A DNA stretch of 64,000 nt from Lepidodermella squamata (lineage: Eukaryota > Animalia > Gastrotricha), in assembly GCA_047495785.1 (NCBI GenBank), contig JBLDXI010000009.1, forward strand, positions 620,001-684,000, in the 5' to 3' direction. The translations under genes were made by a program, and so were the position numbers. This document shows, piece by piece, positions 54,396-64,000 of the stretch. The notes beneath the pieces were generated by a model that had not been told where the DNA came from, searched no databases, and saw only the letters and a list, made by a program, of their open reading frames with translations. The stretch's first letter is position 1, and each line of letters begins with the position of its first letter.

Positions 54396-55566
54396 AAAAA
54401 CATCAACTGAATACCAACAAAATTCTCTAGAAAGTAAACAAATGCTGAACATTCCGGGATGCCGATAAAAAAATCAAAGGCGATTCTGAATGGCGAAATG
54501 CCGACACGCTGCCTCATTTAAAATATGGCTTCTATCAATCTCACTTGATCGTTAGTGTTAAGTAAACTGAGCCGACGGCTTGGCCCTTTGACCTTACGGG
54601 TCACATATACGCAATAGTAGAATTGCAGTAAACTACATTGAGACTGCAGTACTGTAAAAATGTATATAATAACTATGCATTCCACTGATTAATCCAAATA
54701 AGTCCAAGCTTTTATTTATAACTGAGCATATAAATAACACTCCGTTGAGCATCGGATGATCTCGGCATAAATAAGCGAAATGTACACCGCACAATGTTTT
54801 ATCAAATAGACATTTAATTGTACTTATCCGAAGAAGCCGGGCGAACACAGTTTCGAAAGTTACCCGTTTTACAGCAATAAAAAATAATGAATGCTCTAGT
54901 TTATACAAAGTTCCGGGCTTGACGCAAAATACTTTCCGATTCATCAGAAGCCTTCGACACAGTTGAATAGACCATGAAATTGAAAATATTTCCACTAGTT
55001 TCAATCATTGCACGAGTGCCCTTTCCTCTCTCCACGTCTTCTAAACTCGTCTACCGCTGGAGTCATTAAATACATCAGAATCGGAGGTACTTCGGCGTGA
55101 TTTGCCCAGCTATTGACTCAATCATCAATAATTCAATACAGTGTCCCTCCTGAACTACAATATAATTGGGCTTACCAAAGGAGAGCCTGTTTCAAGACAA
55201 AATCGGCCTGAATAATTTCATACAGCCAGTAGAGCAAAGGTTAATTAATCATCAAATTACCGCAATGTGGTTATCCTTGCAAGTTCGAAATGGATAGATT
55301 TCATCGCAAACAGATGCAAATTGCTGACGGTTTAGGTTAAAGAGGACAAATATGTGGGGTGGCTCCTAATGTGGGACTAAAGCTATAATTCGATGAAAAT
55401 TGTGTACGCCTTTAGCCTCTACAGCATATAAGCTGATACGGCGTAGACTTAAATTATGTATCTGCTATCGCGGCCAAACCGTGAAGAATATTTTAACCAA
55501 TAAAAGGTTTGCTGACATTTTTAGAAGATGCGCGAAAAGCACCGAAGAAAACAAAATCGTGGAAAC

Positions 55567-55645
55567 TAAAATGGCGCGTGTCACGTATTTTGAGCCAACC
55601 AATCAGAAAATGCAATCAGAATCAGAATAACAATCCAATCAGAAG
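55567..55645. promoter_or_regulatory. Possible promoter cluster (YY1-like AAAATGGCG plus repeated CCAAT/AATCAGAA) between divergent ACAD and PP1 genes
   Basis: aaaatggcgcg followed by four aatcagaa units, two as ccaatcag; could instead be transposon-derived. Confidence 0.3.
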
Positions 55646-58351
55646 GTTCACTGGCTCCACTAAGCAATCGATTGCTGTGATCTAGGTTATGTTTCTAGGG
55701 GTCACGTTTTGCCTATGAATGTGACCGATGGCGGCACCCCGTGATCGCTGATCGTCACCCTCCCCTAAACCTTTGCGGTAAAACGGTTCCTCTTGTTGTG
55801 CGAATATTACCATCACAAGCCAACAATGAACCAGCGGAGGAGGAAAAATAAAACTTTTCATTGTTTCACTTTTCATTGTTTTGCCTATTATATCATGCAA
55901 TTTTTCAGTTTTGAAGAACAAGTCTTCCAGGCAGAATTCGATCTGACACCTATCAACCTATCAGTAGCCATCATCCTTAGATCAAGCTCTCGCTCAAAAT
56001 ACTTATAAAGCTCAAATAGTGGCGGCGATTAGAGAAAGGGCACACGAATTCCTCGGCGATCATTGGGAGTAATCCTCATTTCGTCGCCGCAAGCACTAAA
56101 CGCTAACTGGGGGTAGGGAATTGAACTTCGTTTTCAATTCGCTTGAATACTATTTCATAGCATGCCAGTTGCTCGTACACTGAAAGAAATCACTTCTTCA
56201 ATTGCTTCAATTGCTGCATTTTTTGTATTAACCCCGCAGCAAATCAATAAGCCAGGGCCGGATTAAAATCGCATCAACGACGCGACGTTTTTTGTGGGCT
56301 TTTCATAAAACCTATAAAATTATCACTGTCGCAACAAAACGTAAACGAACAGTTCAGGTCCATAAATGAATAGATCCCATCGACATTGATGATGTAACAG
56401 AGAGCGATTTGATCGACAATCCTTAATATGACGCCCGGGTATAGAAGACAAGGCATCATTCGAAATTGAAAGTAAAAACAGCTCCAGCTCCAGTCGCTCC
56501 AGCTCGGTACGACTTCCAGAAAGATGAGAAGCACTTATTATGCCATCAAAGATCCGATCAGGGGATAAAGAGTTACCAGAATTAGCGCAGAATTTTCTGT
56601 GCACGAAATGTAATTTGCAAGTGGACACTTTGCGCAAGCTAATAAAATTGTGCGCAATGACCAATGCGCTGATTCCATTACCGATTGCTCTAACGGCTTT
56701 CCTTCTTGCGGCCACGTCGCTAAGTCCAAGTTAGCATACTCCTATGGTGCTCTGAGGAAGGGTGAGCGGACTTATGTTGTGGGTGTGAATTCCGAGGAAC
56801 CAATACCCCAATACACAAGTCAAACATTAGGAGTCGGTGCAGCCCGTCCGCTTGAACACGACCTCAAAAAACCCAACCTGAAACAAACGACACGATCCGC
56901 CCGCTCCCCGCTCCTAATTCAAATATTTTCGCGCCAATTAATTGAAAATATACAACTAAAATACATAAATAGTTAGTTGCTATCATCTTTAATTTATAAA
57001 AATTGATGTTTCAAAACCAAAAAGCATATCCTGCTCTTTTTCGTGTTTTTTCGTAAATATCGTAAAAACGAGTTTTGGAAAGGTGTGTGTGTGTGAGTGT
57101 GATTGTGTCATTTCGTCATCTATGCCCTTACCTCGTGCCAAATGCCAAATGATTAATGATATCTACTATCTTTCTATATATATACCATATACCATGTACC
57201 TTATATTCCGTCGCTGTTTCAGTTTATGAAACCTGTTTCTTGATCTCACCTCCTTACAAACTGGCACACTCCCACTCCTTACTGGTGGCCGAAAATTATT
57301 AACGCAATCACTGACCCACGTTCCCCTGATCATTTAGCAGCCTAAACAACAAGAAATTTGCATTTAAATAACCTTCAAATCCAAATTATTAATTCTTTTC
57401 AATATTATTTATTATTGGACTTGGGCTGTATCGACTTTGGACAATGGCTGATTTGATTTTTAGCTACTGACTAATAGTGGATTGTTTGTTCGAAACTTTA
57501 TGAGCATGCATATTTTTCGAATTTTTGTCGAGTAATCATTAAACCATGCGTGGTTTTCAGCATTCTGGTCTCGGGTCTCTGGCTAAATAAGATACATGAC
57601 AGCTTTCTTCTTTCTTCTGATAGATGCACTATACCCTATTTTCGATGGCTTGGAGCCTTGGGTCTATGCTTAAGGCTTAAGCCGAATTTGTTATCTGCTG
57701 CATGCCGCAATTTTGATAAAATTCTGAATACTTGGCTAGCTTTCAGGAATTGCTTCTACTGCGTACTACGCATTGCGCGTAACGCGAAGGGCCTAAATAT
57801 TTAACTGATGCGCTATTTTTGGTAGCTTGGTGTATAACGTGCTATAACATGCCGATTTTCCGAAGCTTTAGCACGCTGCTGTGGCAGAAATAGGGCTGGT
57901 CTTGTGGTATGGTATTCTTTTAGGGAGTCTATGCTGCCTGTTGGATATCTGCCTCGTTGGCAAAAACGGTGATCTTGTTTTGCTGCCAATACGCCACCCT
58001 CCGATTTCGGATTTTTAGAATAAGTGTGGCCAACGCCCTAACTCGCTCTTATTTTTTCGCATGCGCATCAGGACTAAGGATGAAATTCTTGGTCTTCTTC
58101 GCAAAACTTTCGCGATGCCTTTTTAGCGGCGGGAAAACATGATGCTATGTAATTGTTCTAAGTAATTGTGTGATTAGCCCGTACATGCTAGGCTACAACC
58201 TATTCTTAAAGCTGAAGAGAGTTGGTCCAGTCGCTCTTGTTATTGATAGAAAATTTCACATCGCAAATCGCGATTTGAATAGTCGTCTGTCGTTGTCTTT
58301 CTATTTGTTTAATGTCTATCACTTAGGTCTGACTAACGATATTTATAGTTG

Positions 58352-59576
<1,225 letters not shown>

Positions 59577-60758
59577 AACTGGCGAATCTGTGATCATAAC
59601 ATTCGTCATTCGCCGCCATTTAATTTTGGTTAATGTCAGTCTAGCTTTTTGTGACGTTTGAAAGTCCTGTTAGATGGCATCAGCCTAATTTGAAAAATAT
59701 TCACTGAGATCCCACCCTAAAACTTCTATTGCGAATTCTTGTTCCCCTGGTAATAAATTTAACAAGAACCCGCGTTTGTTATATCTTTCTCCCATTGGCT
59801 CGAGTTTGAAACGTTGTTGATGTGCTCGCGCTATTAATGGGCTTCTTGCTTTTTACCGCTCTTATTTATCGGACTCGATTTGAAATGTTTGATTACTTCG
59901 AATTTTCTAAATCTCATGTATTTAAAATGATCGAATGTGCTAAACTCGTGTTCTTCTCGTTAATTCAGCCGGCATGATCGCGAGTGCATCATGGCGATTC
60001 CCTCTGCTCGTTATGTGCTTCACATCCCTTATAAATTTGATACGGTAATTCTTCCACTTTTCTTCCGCAATTTAGCTGTCTAATCCTTATGGGAATATAT
60101 TTATATAATATGTATATGTATTCCCATGTCCTGTGTGCCGGATGATTACTTGACTGGCGTATATAATTGTTTTCTATAACTTTGATAGCTTTTACTTTGA
60201 AGAGAATTAAATCGTAGCTGCACCTTGTGGGCTACGCAAAAGAAATACAGAAGCAATAGCTATGCGTGCTTTTGTTATCATGCGTAAACGTCCTTGAAGA
60301 TTCGCGCTTTTGTGAACTTATGCTGGCTCATTTTGAGGATATCAGAATAGAGGGATAACATGTAATATCGAAGCTATTTTTGCTTGAATTATATTCTTCT
60401 ACCCATTTCTACTATTATTTTCTTTCCCCATCCTATTGATACATGAATTGAAGGCTGCGAAGCCTTTTTGAGCGTTTTGTTAGCTTGTGACGCGCGTGCC
60501 TTTCACTAGTAATTTCTAATAGACGACTGGTTATATTTCGCCATAATTGGCTTTGCACGATGACCGTTAAGTGTTGAACCCCTCGACAGACTATAAACAT
60601 GTGAAGACGTTTGTAAAGTATGGTGTATAAACAGGCACAAATGTTATTGTACAGGAATCAGTCGCATGATTTTAATTAAATTTGGAGAGATGAACGATTT
60701 TCTTTATCTATTTTAGATGTCTTCCTTTATTCAATGATATCATCGGTGAACGGAAAGA

Positions 60759-62493
60759 ATGAGTGAAACTAAAGCTGTCGCCGTGAAAACGAACGAATTT
60801 GACATCGACAGAACCGAATCGCTTGTGGAAACGAACAAAAAGGCAAAGAAGAAGAAGAACTATCAATCCGAACGCGCATGCTCCCTTCGAAATGTGATAA
60901 CAGTCGCGATCCTCTGCTTTATCAACCTCATCAATTATCTCGATCGTTACACGACGGCTGCTGTAATTGGTCGCATCAAAGTCGCATTCGACATCAATGA
61001 CAAGGTAAAGATGAGTCGGTAGATTTGATACCATTTAACATATTCTTTATTTTCAGTCGGCTGGTCTGATTCAGACGTGTTTCATCATTTCGTATATGAT
61101 AACGTCGCCCGTTTTCGGCTATTTGGGTGATCGATACACGAGACGGTTCGTTAAATCGCGTCAATTTGCCGCGTTATAAATTTCATCATTGCGTTGTATT
61201 TGCAGATACATCATGTCATTTGGGTTGTTACTGTGGGCTGGTATTGGTCTCGCTTCGTCTTTTGTCCCTGAGTCGTCATATTTGTTACTTCTGGTTACTC
61301 GCGCCTTGATAGGTGTCGGCGAAGCGGCCTACACAAATTTATGTCCTAGTATCATTTCCGACATGTTCGTGGGTCAGGCGCGGACGCTTGTGCTTACTAT
61401 CTACCAATTTGCTGTTCCGCTTGGTTGCGGCGTCGGCTACATGCTGGCGTCCGCCGTTGCCGAATATTTCGACGACTGGCGCTGGGCTTATCGAATTACG
61501 CCCCCCGTAATCGTTTTCCTATCTCTTATTTTGGCCGTCTACGTGCGCGAACCCCCACGTGGCCATTCGGAAGGTGCCACGCATCTTCAGGCCACGGGTT
61601 TCAAAAAGGATATCCTCTACATCATCCGCTTGCCTTCTTTCATGTTGACCTCGTTTGCTTTCACCTGCGTGGCCTTCGCCCTTGGGGCGTTAAGTTACTG
61701 GACAGTGAACATGGTGCTTCGAGTCTTTCTAATCAATGGCTTGACGGTCAGTGAGGCAGAAGTCGGTTACATTTTCGGACTAATCACCATCGCTGCCGGT
61801 ATTGGCGGCGTGGCAACTGGTGTTATTGTTTCTAACAAACTGTTGAAGCCTAAAATCGGACCTGCGGCGGATACCCTTGTTTGTGGCGTCGGTATGCTCA
61901 TCGCTGGACCTACTATCTATATCGCCTTAATTCTGGTCGAAAATCACTTGAGCGCTGCATGGGCAATGATGTTTTTGGGTATCGCTGCACTTTGCTGCTG
62001 TTGGGTTCTAGTCATCGATATCACTATGACTATTGTCATAGCGACCAGGCGTGCAACTGCTGAAGCAGTTCAAATGATCATTGGTCACCTGTTTGGTGAC
62101 GCAGCAAGCCCTTATATTGTCGGCATTGTAAGTAAAATTCAATCTGAGTTTCATTTATCTAATCTGCTTTTGCTCGTTTAGATATCTGACCAACTTCAAA
62201 AAGTTGAGGGTGGAGCCACCAACGCCCAAATACAGTTCGTTGCTATGCAACAGGCGCTGTTCATCACCACCTTCATCGTCGTTATCAGTGGCTGTCTCTT
62301 CTTGTTCGCCAGCTTGTACATCAACGAGGACGCTGCAAATGCGAAAAAGATGTCTCAGAAAGACCCAAACAGTGCTATTACTGCTGATGATAAACAGGCC
62401 AAAGTTGAACAAGACATCCCGCTGCTGACCGCAGATCCTGCTGATGTAACAGTGACCCCAGCGCCGCCGAGCAATGATAGCAGCAAAGTATAG
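60759..62493 (+). CDS. SPNS1: Spinster-family MFS transporter
   Basis: [15 protein letters not shown]; [23 protein letters not shown]; RALIGVGEA; WRWAYRITP; [22 protein letters not shown]. Confidence 0.92.
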
Positions 62494-63560
62494 TATTAGA
62501 AATCTGGTCTATTTCAGCTGTTTCTGTTTGATTTTGAATCAAAGTCTTGTGCGATTTTCGCTCGATTATAACCTATAACTTGAAAATCGTGCGTCCTCAT
62601 TCGGTGATAGCCGCTTGTAAATTCATGAGCTTGTTCATGTTTCAATTTCTTCCAAAGTTGTTGCTTCAGATTGGTGTTCAGGATTTGTTAATGGTTTATT
62701 CAAATGGGCTTTCTCGGCTTTCCAGTTATTATAACTTGACGCCTATTGAAGCGATATTTCTAATCTAAAAGCTTGTAAATCTAAGTCGTTTTTTTGACTA
62801 AATCGTCTTGGCAATCCATTTTATCAGAACCCCTGATTATTTCTAATTATTAATACCGCTCTTTTTCCACCCGGGGAGCGGATTCAGCATTTGTTGTAGT
62901 CCCTTTTCTCGAACGTTTGTCAAGTGTTTTGTTGTTTGATTTCTTTTTCCAGGTCTTGTTGGAACTGCTGCTTGAATATTACATTGATTTTATCAACAAA
63001 TATTTTAATTGCTTGCGACCTGTTTCGATGATTGTCAGGATTTTCATTTTCATTTATCTTTTTGTGCCAATCGCGTTTGTAAAATTGGTAATGGGCATCT
63101 CATAGCTTATTTGAATGTAAACTTAAGCCTCATTCCGCACAATATCAAAGTCGTGTAAAGATAATTTGTTCATTCTGCTCGGAAGATTCCTAGAAAACAT
63201 TAAAATGCGCCGAAAAATGCTCCGCAATTGAATCTCGTTCACGGGAGCGTAGTAATGAGAACTGCCATTAGTATCGAACTGTATTGATATAATCCGCTCA
63301 AACGGCGTAACACTTACTGGGTGCGTATCAGGTGTAATTTTGATTTCGAGATTTCGAAGCCCTCCATTATTAATTCTGCTTGCACGATTCCGCAATAAAA
63401 CCGTTATATCACCAAAAGTGTTTTGAAGTTCGACTTTGGTTTATTAGCATAACCTTAGGTAACAAAATCAGTAATTACAACAGAAGCGGCTTGAGATTGA
63501 CAACGCCAAAACGATAACAACAAAGTATAAATACAAACTAGAATGAGCAAATAATGCAAG

Positions 63561-64000
63561 TCAACAGGCCAACCACGGATGAGATGCTAGCGACTCGGGA
63601 TTGCGATCACCGTAATCATAGAGGATTTCTTCACCTGCGGAGATGTCTCGGGTCGCAACGAGAAGAACCCTCGGCTTCTCCTGAGGAGATGTTCGGCCAC
63701 CTCTCGAATTTCCATCATTATCCTGAGGAAATACTACACACCGCGTGACGCAATTGCCATTTCGCTTGTGATTAACCAGTCGGCCCATTCTGCCAGACTC
63801 TGAGGTGGCGTCGACACAGAAACGGCGTCCCTGAAAAATAAAAATAATTACATTTGTTCGAATCGAGTTGATAAGGACCTTACCTTGAAAAGAAAGTAGA
63901 GCATGTAACATCCAACCGTAGGATCCTCGGCGTACTTCTCCTCTCGTTTCCGAGCCTCAGTGACACTGACTAGTTCTCCAAAATACTCAACGACATATTC
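63561..64000 (-). CDS. KMT5A: Histone H4K20 methyltransferase KMT5A/SETD8/PR-Set7, 3' part
   Basis: EYFGELVSVTEARKREEKYAEDPTVGCYMLYF | FCVDATSESGRMGRLVNH..RDISAGEEILYDYGDR..HPWL; runs off window end. Confidence 0.92.

Noticed and set aside
56274-56976. Cluster of 60-130 aa ORFs upstream of PP1
   Set aside because: No homology recognised, in-frame stops between segments; more likely promoter or non-coding sequence.

Overview
Eukaryotic (animal, invertebrate-like) genomic DNA from a compact genome with mostly ~45-65 bp GT-AG introns; no prokaryotic features. Splicing the ORF fragments by eye gives about 19 genes: CHFR (3' part), a ~1467-aa orphan low-complexity protein with a central TM hairpin, two tandem GPI-anchored Ly6/quiver-like genes, MCM10, KRTCAP2, a divergent Shaw/Kv3-like K+ channel, a group III secreted PLA2, two tandem ~70-aa two-EF-hand genes (missed by the ORF track), three tandem CNG-beta-like channel genes with increasingly divergent pores, TMEM120, IQCD/DRC10, a DUF3105/TP53I13-like gene, an AidB-like acyl-CoA dehydrogenase, PP1 catalytic subunit, Spinster and KMT5A/SETD8 (3' part). 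Mobile elements: a hAT-type MITE with an 8-bp TSD, a TA-flanked MITE and a LINE endonuclease remnant. Most notable: most start codons sit 0-13 nt behind a 3' splice acceptor and two same-strand genes almost abut (possible SL trans-splicing/operons); the CNG trio has atypical pores and a shared C-terminal motif; the Kv subunit looks like a silent/regulatory type. Gene models and family calls are manual, from recalled motifs; no database search was run and the species cannot be identified.
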